64,000 nt of DNA from IMG/VR virus record IMGVR_UViG_3300048121_000993, positions 22,369 to 86,368 of that record. The stretch is one strand, 5' to 3'. Both the position numbers and the translations under genes were made by a program. Numbering within the stretch: position 1 is the stretch's first letter; every line of letters begins with the position of its first letter. Source of the stretch: a virus (lineage: Duplodnaviria; Caudoviricetes). A model generated the notes under the pieces. The model was not told where the DNA came from. It ran no database searches and worked only from the letters and a program-made list of their open reading frames with translations. Positions 30,475-39,833 of this stretch are shown here, piece by piece.

Positions 30475-30552
30475 TATTTAAGTGACACTGATATCAGCAT
30501 AAATATTAAGCAGTTCAACTATTAACTGTTTTTATATTAGATAGGGAATTTT

Positions 30553-30903
30553 ATGTATACATATAAAGCAAAACTAGTAAGAGTAATAAACGGTGATACT
30601 TTGGACATTGAAATCGATTTAGGTTTCGATATCATTATTAAACAAAGATTAAAGTTATATGGTATTGATACACCTGATAGTAGATCAACAGATGTTGACA
30701 CTAAACAAAAAGGCCTTGACGTTAAGCAACGTTTAATGGACTTATTGAACAAAGAATTTAAAGTAGAAACTATACTTAACAAGCGTGGTAAGTATGGTCG
30801 TATACTTGGAAAGATCTATGTTGTTGTTAACAACAACGAGGTTTGTATAAACGAATTATTAGTAGATGAAGGTCTCGCAATTCGTTATAACATCGGGAAA
30901 TAA
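30553..30903 (+). CDS. thermonuclease-like protein
   Basis: RVINGDT, LYGIDTPD, GKYGRILG. Confidence 0.8.
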   Translation: MYTYKAKLVRVINGDTLDIEIDLGFDIIIKQRLKLYGIDTPDSRSTDVDTKQKGLDVKQRLMDLLNKEFKVETILNKRGKYGRILGKIYVVVNNNEVCINELLVDEGLAIRYNIGK

Positions 30904-30904
30904 T

Positions 30905-32383
30905 ATGAAGTTATTCGGTTATTGGACAGTTTTAGTTGCACTATCAATAAGTGCTGTGGCGGCCTACTACAGTATTGTTGGACTTGTGGCTATCTTTGCT
31001 AGTGCCGTTATACCGATTATTATTATGGGGTCTGTGCTAGAAGTAGGCAAATTGACATCAGCTGTCTGGTTGCACTTGAACTGGAAATCAGCTCCATTTT
31101 TAATTAAAACGTATCTCACTATAGCCGTCATAATGCTTATGTTTATTACAAGCATGGGTATTTTTGGATTTTTAAGTAAAGCACATATTGAACAAACTAG
31201 TGCGGCTAGTGAGAACGTTGCCCAAATTGAACGTATAGAAGAAAGCATAGTAAGAAATAAATTAATTATTACCAAGTCAGAAGATAAGATTATTAAACTT
31301 GAAGCAGTTGATATTTCTTTAGATGATGGAATACAAGAAAAAATACGCATAGAGCAACAAAGAATTGAAAATGCATATACAGGTGTACAACCATCAATAG
31401 ATGAACAGAATGCAATTATAGTTGCAGAAACAGAGGCTAAAGCAAATGCTATAGCACCGTTTGAAACAGAATTAGCTAACATTATTGAAAAACTAGCATT
31501 AATGGATCAGTATTCAATCAATGGTGAGATTGAAAAAATGCAAGGACTATTAGGTGTTAGACAAGATGGTATACTTGGTTGGAATACTAGAGAAGCATTA
31601 AAGAAATTTAAAGAAGATAATAATAAAGCAAAAGGCATGGCAGGATATCAGCTAAATAAAGTTAGAGATGAATTTGATGATTCTGTTATCAAAGATGCTA
31701 GAGCCGAAATTAAAAGAATTAGAATGTTAGCAGAACAACAGATTGCAGACTCTAATGCATTGATTACTAGGTTAAGAGCACAACTTGGACAAGGTCAACA
31801 ACAAGACAATACAGTATTAATTGATACCCAGCGTAATTTAATTGTTGATTCTGAAGCCAAGTTAGAAGAACTTTATACTACAAAATATACACTAGAAGGC
31901 GAAAGCAGAAAACTAGAAGCAGAAGTTGGACCGGTTAAGTATATTGCAGAATTAGTTTATGGACAAGAACCAGGCAGAAATGTCTTGGAAGAAACAGTAA
32001 GATATGTTATACTAATACTTGTATTTGTGTTTGATCCATTAGCAGTTGTACTTGTTCTTGCAGGAATATCTGGAATAGGATTACGCAAATCAACAAAAGG
32101 AACACATGAGCAAAAAGAAGAATCCACAAAGTCTAAAATTAATGAAGATACCAAAAATGTCACCGTCATTAAGAAAGATGTTGTGGGTAATAAAAAAGAC
32201 AACAAGTCTCCCAAAAAACCTGTTGTTCAAAATAAAATACATGAAGAAGATGTAGTGCATACGGATTCAAAAGGTAAAGAATATACAGTTGACAAACGTG
32301 GCAATAGAAAATACCTAATTGAACAATTGCAATACGACTTAAACGACAGATCAAAAAAATTACAACAACAAAAGAAAAGATAA
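30905..32383 (+). CDS. membrane-anchored coiled-coil protein
   Basis: Three N-terminal TM segments, long coiled coil with a short GVRQDGILG peptidoglycan-binding-like motif, C-terminal TM (VFDPLAV). Confidence 0.75.
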   Translation: MKLFGYWTVLVALSISAVAAYYSIVGLVAIFASAVIPIIIMGSVLEVGKLTSAVWLHLNWKSAPFLIKTYLTIAVIMLMFITSMGIFGFLSKAHIEQTSAASENVAQIERIEESIVRNKLIITKSEDKIIKLEAVDISLDDGIQEKIRIEQQRIENAYTGVQPSIDEQNAIIVAETEAKANAIAPFETELANIIEKLALMDQYSINGEIEKMQGLLGVRQDGILGWNTREALKKFKEDNNKAKGMAGYQLNKVRDEFDDSVIKDARAEIKRIRMLAEQQIADSNALITRLRAQLGQGQQQDNTVLIDTQRNLIVDSEAKLEELYTTKYTLEGESRKLEAEVGPVKYIAELVYGQEPGRNVLEETVRYVILILVFVFDPLAVVLVLAGISGIGLRKSTKGTHEQKEESTKSKINEDTKNVTVIKKDVVGNKKDNKSPKKPVVQNKIHEEDVVHTDSKGKEYTVDKRGNRKYLIEQLQYDLNDRSKKLQQQKKR

Positions 32384-32833
32384 ATGAAAATTGATAATAG
32401 CAGTTATACTGTTACCCCTCCAGACCTTTATATGACCGAACATGGAATAAGTATTCTTATTTCGAGTACCAATGCAACGTTTATTACATCAGTAAAGGAA
32501 GTCTTTGAAAAATTTATAGCAACAAGTATTGTTTTTCTTGAACAAAATAAAAAAACTAATTCAGAAACACTACCATGGATGTGGAATGTTTCTAAAACAT
32601 CTGATTTTATGATAGTTGATGTAGATACTTGTGCATGGGAAGATATCATGGCAGGGTTGTTAAAATCAAAAGAAGAAGAAAATACAGTGTTATTTTACAG
32701 CGATAAATACAAGCGAAGAGAAACTGTAAAATTAATAAATGCTACAGGCACTAATTTAGTTGTTAGATCAATAAGCGATATTAACAATTATATAAAACTA
32801 CAAATGAGCCCAGAATATTTTAATGAAGTCTAG
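32384..32833 (+). CDS. hypothetical protein
   Basis: 149 aa ORF. Confidence 0.7.
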   Translation: MKIDNSSYTVTPPDLYMTEHGISILISSTNATFITSVKEVFEKFIATSIVFLEQNKKTNSETLPWMWNVSKTSDFMIVDVDTCAWEDIMAGLLKSKEEENTVLFYSDKYKRRETVKLINATGTNLVVRSISDINNYIKLQMSPEYFNEV

Positions 32834-34046
32834 CAATCTAACCATATGCAATTTTTGTAACAAAGACACAACACAAGTAAAGAAACTACTAGCGGGTGAA
32901 AATGGTACCCACATATGTAGTGATTGTGTTGAGCTATGTTACGGCATAGTTAAAGAACAAAAGGTTGAAGCCATACATAAAAATTATGGTAAAAAATATC
33001 AAGTTCCTACTCCTAGAGAAATACATAATGATTTAGATAAACATGTAATCAGTCAAGACCATGCAAAAAAGACTTTGAGTGTAGCAATATACAATCACTA
33101 TAAAAGAATATCAACAACTACAAAAACAAAATTACAAAAAAGCAATGTACTATTATGCGGTCCTACAGGAACAGGCAAAACATTAATGGCACAAACACTT
33201 GCAGAATTCTTAGGTGTGCCAATGGTTGTAACTGATGCAACAGTTATTACTGAAAGTGGGTATGCAGGCGATGATGCAGAAGTACTAATACACAAATTAT
33301 TCCAAGCATCAAACTATAACAAAGAACGCACAGAACACGGTATTATATATGTTGACGAGATTGACAAAAAAGCAAAGCGTAATGACTATGTTAGTTTAAG
33401 CAGAGATGTATCTGGAGAAGGTGTACAACAGAGCCTTTTAAAGCTCATGGAAGGTACTATAGTACCGGTTCCTAACAAACCGCAACATAACCCGGAGAAG
33501 GTGGATATTGACACCAGTGAGATACTATTTGTAGTAGGTGGTGCCTTTGTTGGTCTACAAGATGTTGTGGTTAACAGGCTCGGTAAAGCAAAGATAGGAT
33601 TTAACGACGGTTTAGACGCCGATGTAGAACAGTGGGAAAAGCACTTACAAACACGAGATTTAGTGAAGTATGGGCTTATACCAGAATTTGTGGGTAGATT
33701 ACCGTCTGTAAACGCCTTAACACCGTTAAATAAGAACGATCTTGTACGAATACTAACTGAACCAATGGGTAGTATAATAGATCAAATAAAAGAGCTTTTT
33801 CTACTTGACAAAATACAAATAGAGTTTACAATAACAGCATTGGAACAAATTGCAGCAATTGCCATTGATGAAGAATTAGGTGCTAGAGGTTTACGTAAAA
33901 TATTAGACCAAGCACTATTAGAAACTCAATATCAATTGCCAGAATTATATGAAAAGGGAGTACGCAAAATTATTATAAATGAACAAGTTATTTCTAGAAA
34001 CGCACAACCACAATTTATTAAAGGTGAAAATGCAGAACAGAAATAA
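32823..34046 (+). CDS. clpX: ATP-dependent Clp protease ATPase ClpX
   Basis: Zn finger CNFC/CSDC, GPTGTGKT, DEIDK, RDVSGEGVQQ, IGF loop, GARGLR. Confidence 0.95.
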   Translation: MKSSNLTICNFCNKDTTQVKKLLAGENGTHICSDCVELCYGIVKEQKVEAIHKNYGKKYQVPTPREIHNDLDKHVISQDHAKKTLSVAIYNHYKRISTTTKTKLQKSNVLLCGPTGTGKTLMAQTLAEFLGVPMVVTDATVITESGYAGDDAEVLIHKLFQASNYNKERTEHGIIYVDEIDKKAKRNDYVSLSRDVSGEGVQQSLLKLMEGTIVPVPNKPQHNPEKVDIDTSEILFVVGGAFVGLQDVVVNRLGKAKIGFNDGLDADVEQWEKHLQTRDLVKYGLIPEFVGRLPSVNALTPLNKNDLVRILTEPMGSIIDQIKELFLLDKIQIEFTITALEQIAAIAIDEELGARGLRKILDQALLETQYQLPELYEKGVRKIIINEQVISRNAQPQFIKGENAEQK

Positions 34047-34560
34047 AGGATATAAACAACGTACAAAAGGCCCATTTGTAATCGCAAATGATCGAATAAG
34101 AGCAAAAGAAGTTAGAGTAAACTTTCCAGACGGTGAAAGCCAAGTGCTGTCTTTAAAGGATGCTTTGAATGAAGCAAAGTCGTTATATTTAGATTTAGTG
34201 TTGATCGCCGAAAAGGCAGACCCACCAGTTTGTAAAATAATTGATCTAAACAAGCATTTGTATTCATTAAAGCAAAAAGAAAAATTGGCAAAGAAAAAGC
34301 AACGAGAAAGCGTTGTAGAGACCAAAGAAGTGCGTATGGGACTAAACATAGATACACATGATTTAGAGACTAAGGCTAAAGCAGCTCGTAAATTTTTGGA
34401 TAAAAATAACAAAGTAACAGTTACAGTTGTTTTGCGTGGTAGAGAACGTGGGCGGCAAGACCTTGCAAGGGAATTGCTAAATACATTTGCTTATCTATTA
34501 GAAGTAGAATACGAGCAAATATCATCACAGAACAATCGAGTATCTGGTAAAATACAATAA
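34030..34560 (+). CDS. infC: translation initiation factor IF-3
   Basis: NDRIRAKEVR, LDLVLI, PPVCKI, KEVRM, RGRE. Confidence 0.92.
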   Translation: MQNRNKGYKQRTKGPFVIANDRIRAKEVRVNFPDGESQVLSLKDALNEAKSLYLDLVLIAEKADPPVCKIIDLNKHLYSLKQKEKLAKKKQRESVVETKEVRMGLNIDTHDLETKAKAARKFLDKNNKVTVTVVLRGRERGRQDLARELLNTFAYLLEVEYEQISSQNNRVSGKIQ

Positions 34561-34568
34561 AGGTAAAC

Positions 34569-34835
34569 ATGGGAAACTATAATAGAAATAATAAACGTGA
34601 CGACAAACCTCAGTTTGGTCCTGGACTATCTGTAGAAGTTAGAAATGGCAATGTAGAACAAGCTATGAGAAAACTTAAGAAGTTAGTTATGAAAACTGGA
34701 CTTATGAATGAAGTACGCGAACGCAGATACTTCGTTAGCAACACTGAAAAAAGACTTAAAGCAGAGGCGGCAGGCCGAGCTAGAAGGCGTAGAGAAATAG
34801 CTAAAGATTCAATCGTAAAGAAAAGACTATACTAA
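34569..34835 (+). CDS. rpsU: ribosomal protein bS21
   Basis: VEVRNGNVEQAMRKLKK...EVRERRYF. Confidence 0.85.
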   Translation: MGNYNRNNKRDDKPQFGPGLSVEVRNGNVEQAMRKLKKLVMKTGLMNEVRERRYFVSNTEKRLKAEAAGRARRRREIAKDSIVKKRLY

Positions 34836-34877
34836 TACGTTATAACTGAATTTGTTCACAAATGTGGATAAATAATA

Positions 34878-34966
34878 ATGTGTACAACAGGACTGATTCC
34901 TACCGTATACATAGAACGCCGAAAGGGTTCTAAATAATCTTGCTTAATATAAGGAGAAAAGATATG
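34878..34966 (+). promoter_or_regulatory. ROSE-like RNA thermometer leader
   Basis: Hairpins followed by TCTTGCT able to pair with the AAGGAG SD of hsp20. Confidence 0.6.
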
Positions 34967-35386
34967 ACTAGATTAACAACACTAAATCTTCCAGATTTTT
35001 ATAAGACTACAATAGGATTTGATAGTATGTTTGATGAAATGCAAAATGCATTCGCAACAAACACAGGCGGTTACCCACCTTACAACATTGTAAAGGAAAG
35101 TGACACTAGCTATTCAATTAGCCTAGCAGTAGCAGGTTTTAATAAAGACGAGATAAAAATCGAACAAGACGGTAATACACTTTCAATTAATGCTGAAAAG
35201 AAACCAATCGAGGAAGAGATTGAATATTTACACAAAGGCATTGGAACTAGAAACTTTACAAAAGAATTTAGTTTAGCTGATTATGTAGAAGTAACATCGT
35301 CAAAGCTAGATAACGGTATCTTAGTAGTTACATTGGAACAAAATATTCCAGACGAAAAGAAACCACGAACTATTAAAATTGACTAA
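34964..35386 (+). CDS. small heat shock protein (Hsp20/IbpA family)
   Basis: YPPYNI, LAVAGF, YLHKGI..RNF, NGIL, KPRTIKI. Confidence 0.93.
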   Translation: MTRLTTLNLPDFYKTTIGFDSMFDEMQNAFATNTGGYPPYNIVKESDTSYSISLAVAGFNKDEIKIEQDGNTLSINAEKKPIEEEIEYLHKGIGTRNFTKEFSLADYVEVTSSKLDNGILVVTLEQNIPDEKKPRTIKID

Positions 35387-35400
35387 TATAAGGTAAAAAA

Positions 35401-35703
35401 ATGACTCAAGCATCATCAAGTAGCGTAGCAGAAATAACTAAATTAAAACCACCATCACGGTACAATGTTGTATTGTTAAATGATGACTCTACGCCACAGG
35501 AGTTTGTAGTAAATGTTTTACTGACAATTTATAATAGGTCAACGGAACAAGCAAACTCCGTGATGCTTGAAGTCCACGAAAAGGGCCGAGGCATTGCAGG
35601 CACATACAGTTACGAAGTAGCTGAACAAAAATGTGTGGAAACTATCACTGACGCACGGAAAAACCAATTTCCATTAGATGTCACAATAGAAAAAGCAGAA
35701 TAA
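35401..35703 (+). CDS. clpS: Clp protease adaptor ClpS
   Basis: YNVVLLNDDSTPQEFVV, MLEVHEKG, EVAEQK, FPL. Confidence 0.92.
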   Translation: MTQASSSSVAEITKLKPPSRYNVVLLNDDSTPQEFVVNVLLTIYNRSTEQANSVMLEVHEKGRGIAGTYSYEVAEQKCVETITDARKNQFPLDVTIEKAE

Positions 35704-35711
35704 ACAATTAA

Positions 35712-36281
35712 ATGAAAATAGCAATCACGCAACGTGTGATTGAATTTCGAAACGGACCGTACGATAGCATTGATCATGGATTTTATGAAATGTTTTCAGG
35801 TCATACATTGTTACCAATACCAAACCATTTAGAGCATTATAGAACAGATACAATAGTTAATAGTGACTTAGTAGTGTTTACAGGCGGCAATAGTATGATA
35901 CCAGGAAACTGGCAATACAATGAAAATCGTTTACGAGTTGAGAAACACACGTTAGATTTAGCAAAACTATACAATAAACCAATATTAGGAATCAGCAGAG
36001 GCTGTCAGTTTCTGACGGTTGCTCATGGTGGATCTTTAGAAGAAAACGGTAGACATCACATCAATCATAGTGTAAACTATAAGGGTAGTAATGTAGAAGT
36101 ATGCAGTAGGCATGAAGAAATTTTAAAAACTATACCTACTGGTGCAACAGTATTAGCAACAGATGATTATGGATTTTGTGAAAGTTGGAAATTAGACAAT
36201 ATGATAACAGTGTTATGGCACCCAGAACGGATGAAAACACATTGGCTTCCATACGAAGCATACGGAATTTTAGGATTATAA
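35712..36281 (+). CDS. class I glutamine amidotransferase-like, paralog of 12957
   Basis: TQRV, TGGN, LGISRG (Ser at the nucleophile position), WHPE. Confidence 0.8.
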   Translation: MKIAITQRVIEFRNGPYDSIDHGFYEMFSGHTLLPIPNHLEHYRTDTIVNSDLVVFTGGNSMIPGNWQYNENRLRVEKHTLDLAKLYNKPILGISRGCQFLTVAHGGSLEENGRHHINHSVNYKGSNVEVCSRHEEILKTIPTGATVLATDDYGFCESWKLDNMITVLWHPERMKTHWLPYEAYGILGL

Positions 36282-36282
36282 T

Positions 36283-36699
36283 ATGAAAATAGGATTTACA
36301 TGTAGTACATTTGATTTGTTACACGCAGGTCATATAGGCATGCTCAGAGAAGCAAAAGCAAATTGTGATGTTTTAATTGTAGGATTACAAAGTGATCCAA
36401 CTATTGATCGCCCAGATACAAAGAATAAGCCTATACAAACAATGGTAGAACGTTATGCACAACTCAATGCATTAAAATTTGTAGATGAGATTGTACCATA
36501 TCAAACAGAACAAGATTTAATTGACATACTGGAACTGTTTCAGTTAGATGTTAGATTTTTAGGCGATGAATATAAAGAAAAAGAATTTACTGGAAAAGAT
36601 GTATGTCGTAAGCGTGGTATTGAGCTACACTTTAATAAACGAGATCATAGATTCAGTACAACAGATTTAAGACATAGGGTATGTAAAAATGAGAATTGA
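36283..36699 (+). CDS. cytidylyltransferase (TagD-like)
   Basis: [16 protein letters not shown]. Confidence 0.88.
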   Translation: MKIGFTCSTFDLLHAGHIGMLREAKANCDVLIVGLQSDPTIDRPDTKNKPIQTMVERYAQLNALKFVDEIVPYQTEQDLIDILELFQLDVRFLGDEYKEKEFTGKDVCRKRGIELHFNKRDHRFSTTDLRHRVCKNEN

Positions 36700-37798
36700 T
36701 CAAGACATTAAACTAGACTACAGTGACGTTTTAATTCGTCCAAAGCGTAGTACATTAAGTTCACGCAAACAAGTAAGACTTGAACGCAAGTTTAAATTTA
36801 GAAACAGCAGACACGAGTACGAAGGTATTCCTATTATGGCTGCTAACATGGATGGTGTTGGAACATTTGAAATGGCAGATGAACTTGCACAACAAAATAT
36901 ATTTACATGTTTAGTAAAAACATATTCAGTGGAAGAACTTGTAGATTTTTTTAACAATGATTATCCGGATAATAGAAGAACACAAAACATTGCTATGAGC
37001 ATTGGTACAGGAACAATAGACTTTGATAAGTTAGAAGCTGTGTATAATAAAGTAAGCAATAAACTAAAATATGTATGTATGGATATTGCAAATGGTTACA
37101 GTGATCACTTTGCACAACATGTTAAAAAAGTTCGTAATGCATTTCCTAATTTAGTAATTATAGCAGGTAATGTAGTAACCGGAGAGATGACAGAGGAGTT
37201 AATTTTAAATGGAGCAGACATCGTTAAAGTCGGAATTGGACCAGGAAGCGTGTGTACAACACGAATCCAAACAGGAGTCGGGTATCCGCAACTTAGTGCA
37301 GTCATTGAATGTGCAGATGCGGCACATGGACTTGGTGGACATATTATCGCTGATGGGGGCTGTAACTCTAGTGGTGATGTGGCTAAAGCATTTGCTGGCG
37401 GCGCCGATTATGTAATGCTAGGCGGTATGCTTGCAGGACATGATCAAGGTGGCGGCGAAGTTATTAGTAAGATGTATGCAACCAATGAATGGCTTACAGC
37501 AGAAAAGCCAGTACTTGAACAAAAACAGTTTGTGGCTTTTTACGGAATGAGCAGTGATGCTGCAAACACAAAACACTTTGGAGGACTAAAAGACTATCGT
37601 GCAAGCGAAGGACGAGAAGTATTAGTTCCATACAGAGGTGCAGTACAACACACCGTACAAGCAATCTTAGGTGGGTTGCGTAGTACCTGTACATATGCAG
37701 GTGCAATGAAACTTAAACAACTTAGTAAATGTACTACGTTTGTTCGCGTTAACAATCAGTTTAACAAAACATACGAAAGCACAACAACTAAGATTTAG
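36689..37798 (+). CDS. guaC: GMP reductase
   Basis: [42 protein letters not shown]. Confidence 0.95.
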   Translation: MRIDQDIKLDYSDVLIRPKRSTLSSRKQVRLERKFKFRNSRHEYEGIPIMAANMDGVGTFEMADELAQQNIFTCLVKTYSVEELVDFFNNDYPDNRRTQNIAMSIGTGTIDFDKLEAVYNKVSNKLKYVCMDIANGYSDHFAQHVKKVRNAFPNLVIIAGNVVTGEMTEELILNGADIVKVGIGPGSVCTTRIQTGVGYPQLSAVIECADAAHGLGGHIIADGGCNSSGDVAKAFAGGADYVMLGGMLAGHDQGGGEVISKMYATNEWLTAEKPVLEQKQFVAFYGMSSDAANTKHFGGLKDYRASEGREVLVPYRGAVQHTVQAILGGLRSTCTYAGAMKLKQLSKCTTFVRVNNQFNKTYESTTTKI

Positions 37799-37869
37799 CT
37801 ATGTTGTACATGCATAGCGTCTTTGCAGCAGATAAGTAAGTGATTCTGCGGTATTATAGATAAATAGAT

Positions 37870-38090
37870 GTGTAATAAAAATGGCACAATGTTGTGTTAT
37901 AGTTACATGTACAAAGTAGTACAGAGCGACCTCGGCTCAGAAAAAAAGAGCGGCAGTTAGTGCCACGCTAACTGACTCTGGGAAAGACCAGGGCATAACC
38001 CATGCCTTACAAGCGATACATTATGAGGTATCGTGGTAGCGGCCAGGAGAGACTGGCAAATAACGGATGCTTTCCCAAAAACATCCACAC
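37870..38090 (+). ncRNA. unassigned structured RNA / leader
   Basis: About 8 consecutive hairpins, GC-richer than the surrounding genome, plus GGGAAAG/CTTTCCC long-range complement. Confidence 0.6.
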
Positions 38091-38109
38091 ATATAACGGA
38101 GAATATAAA

Positions 38110-38316
38110 ATGGCTAACACTTTTTTTAGTGCATGGTCGGGATTATTCAATGGCTCACGTAGAAGTCGTGTGGCTTACAATAACACCCTAATGACTTATG
38201 CAAAAACAGAATATGGTTCTGATTGGCAATATGCCTACAACTATATGCTAGAACACAAAGGATCTGCACCAAAGATGGGTCTTGCAGATATCAATATCAA
38301 GGCAGCAGTAAAATGA
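38110..38316 (+). CDS. small protein
   Basis: GGAG RBS; YAKTEYGSDWQYAY. Confidence 0.7.
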   Translation: MANTFFSAWSGLFNGSRRSRVAYNNTLMTYAKTEYGSDWQYAYNYMLEHKGSAPKMGLADINIKAAVK

Positions 38317-38498
38317 CAACAACATTAATATACAAACAAACATGTAGTGTTTGTGAAAAAATTAAACAAGCATCATTAAAAGTAATGATGGCTATTTGGT
38401 CATTTGGTGAATCGGCAGGTCGTGCAAGAGCAGCCGCTGAATTACATAGACAAGGCTACACAGAAGAAGCAAAAAAACTAATGCTGGAGAGTAGATAA
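38313..38498 (+). CDS. small protein
   Basis: ATGA overlap; GRARAAAELHRQGY.EEAK. Confidence 0.7.
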   Translation: MTTTLIYKQTCSVCEKIKQASLKVMMAIWSFGESAGRARAAAELHRQGYTEEAKKLMLESR

Positions 38499-38689
38499 TG
38501 ATTAATACTATAACAAACAAATTAAGTTGGTTAAAACGTGCTTATACAAACAGTCAAGGACGCAGAGCAACTGAAAAGGCTTTGTCGGAATTAAACGACT
38601 TTGAATTAAATGATATTGGATTATGCAGAGGCGACATTAGATCAGTTGCTCGCGGTGATCTTAAAGCATATAAAAGATCAGTTAAGTAA
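38498..38689 (+). CDS. DUF1127 (YjiS-like) small protein
   Basis: RRATEKALSELNDFELNDIGLCRGDI matches the DUF1127 pattern L..L.D..L.DIG..R.DI. Confidence 0.85.
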   Translation: MINTITNKLSWLKRAYTNSQGRRATEKALSELNDFELNDIGLCRGDIRSVARGDLKAYKRSVK

Positions 38690-38823
38690 TGTTTAAAAAG
38701 TTTTTAAAAGCAATGGAATACAGAAGTTATTGCATGAGCATCAGGCAACTTCGTCAATTAGGCGAACATGAAAAAGCTAATGAAATTTCTGAATATAAAC
38801 ATAAGATGTATAACACATTTTAA
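38689..38823 (+). CDS. small protein (44 aa)
   Basis: TAATG coupling; QLRQLGEHEKANE resembles the 38313 protein. Confidence 0.6.
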   Translation: MFKKFLKAMEYRSYCMSIRQLRQLGEHEKANEISEYKHKMYNTF

Positions 38824-38855
38824 TTTAGTGTAGTTTTAATTGCATAAATAGTTGT

Positions 38856-39833
38856 ATGAGTAAAGTACATCTATTAACAGAAATAATAATAAAATTACAG
38901 AACCTTAGTACTCAGGATGAGAAACTAAAGCTTCTGCATACCTATAATAAAGAAATCATACTACAACGTATAATTACTATAGCGTATAATCCTTGGATTG
39001 ATTTTGGAATGAAAGATTTTGTGCCAAAGCGTTTAGGTAAAAAGTTTGGTATGGGTTTGAGTAAATTCCTACATATTTTAACAGACATCATAGACGAAAA
39101 ATATGATGAAAGAGAAAAGAACTTTTCTTGTCAAATGGCTATGCAACATATAGATGAGCGTGATGCTGAACTATTTGTTAATTTACTAAGACAAGATCTG
39201 GACTTAGGACTCGAATTAGAAACAATAAATGCAGTATGGCCTGGATTAATAATGATTTATCCAATAAGCTCGCCTACTGTAGCAGACTATAAAACATTTA
39301 ATAAATATCCAGCCGCAGTACAACCTATTAGTAGAGGTTTACGAGTTAATGTAATTGTACATAAAGATATAGTTACTTACAGAGACAAAGAAGGTAACAA
39401 TATCGAAGGTTGGAATATACACGACGAACAGTTTGTAAATTTAGCACAAAACAATAGTACAGTATTTGATGGTCACGCAGTTGTGGTTAATGGTACAACT
39501 ATTGTCGAGACTGATAATCAAAAAGTATTAGAAGCAGACCCGGAAAACATCAGATTTAATTTTTGGGATGTTATTAGATATGATGGATTTATTACTGGTA
39601 CAGATACTCGTATAGGTTATAATTGGCGTAATAATGGATTAGAACATATGATTATACTTGCTATAGATAAGAATAAAACACCTTGCTATGACATTGTAAA
39701 GGCTGATCTAGTAGGAAGTGATGAACAATTAGCGTTAACTGTTGAAAAGTATAAATCTAAATGTGTTATTAAAGCATTAGACGGCACATGGGTACATGGA
39801 ACTGATCCAACACAAGTTATTTACGAGTCTTAA
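38856..39833 (+). CDS. degenerate DNA ligase-like protein (T4 gp30-type)
   Basis: Ligase-type N-terminal domain; motif I reads QPISRGLR (no Lys); VFDG and FWDV retained; no OB domain. Confidence 0.65.
   Translation: MSKVHLLTEIIIKLQNLSTQDEKLKLLHTYNKEIILQRIITIAYNPWIDFGMKDFVPKRLGKKFGMGLSKFLHILTDIIDEKYDEREKNFSCQMAMQHIDERDAELFVNLLRQDLDLGLELETINAVWPGLIMIYPISSPTVADYKTFNKYPAAVQPISRGLRVNVIVHKDIVTYRDKEGNNIEGWNIHDEQFVNLAQNNSTVFDGHAVVVNGTTIVETDNQKVLEADPENIRFNFWDVIRYDGFITGTDTRIGYNWRNNGLEHMIILAIDKNKTPCYDIVKADLVGSDEQLALTVEKYKSKCVIKALDGTWVHGTDPTQVIYES

Noticed and set aside
29162-37798. Bacterial chromosome origin suggested by clp/infC/rpsU/guaC
   Set aside because: These genes are interleaved with PAAR, tail fibre, endolysin, spanin-like and T4-like hypothetical genes under the same phage promoter motifs, and lack normal bacterial operon context (no rpmI-rplT after infC, no iscS next to iscU)
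38035-38060. Cobalamin riboswitch (GCCAGGAGA resembles its 3' end)
   Set aside because: The B12-box and GCCACUG core elements are missing, and downstream genes are unrelated to B12
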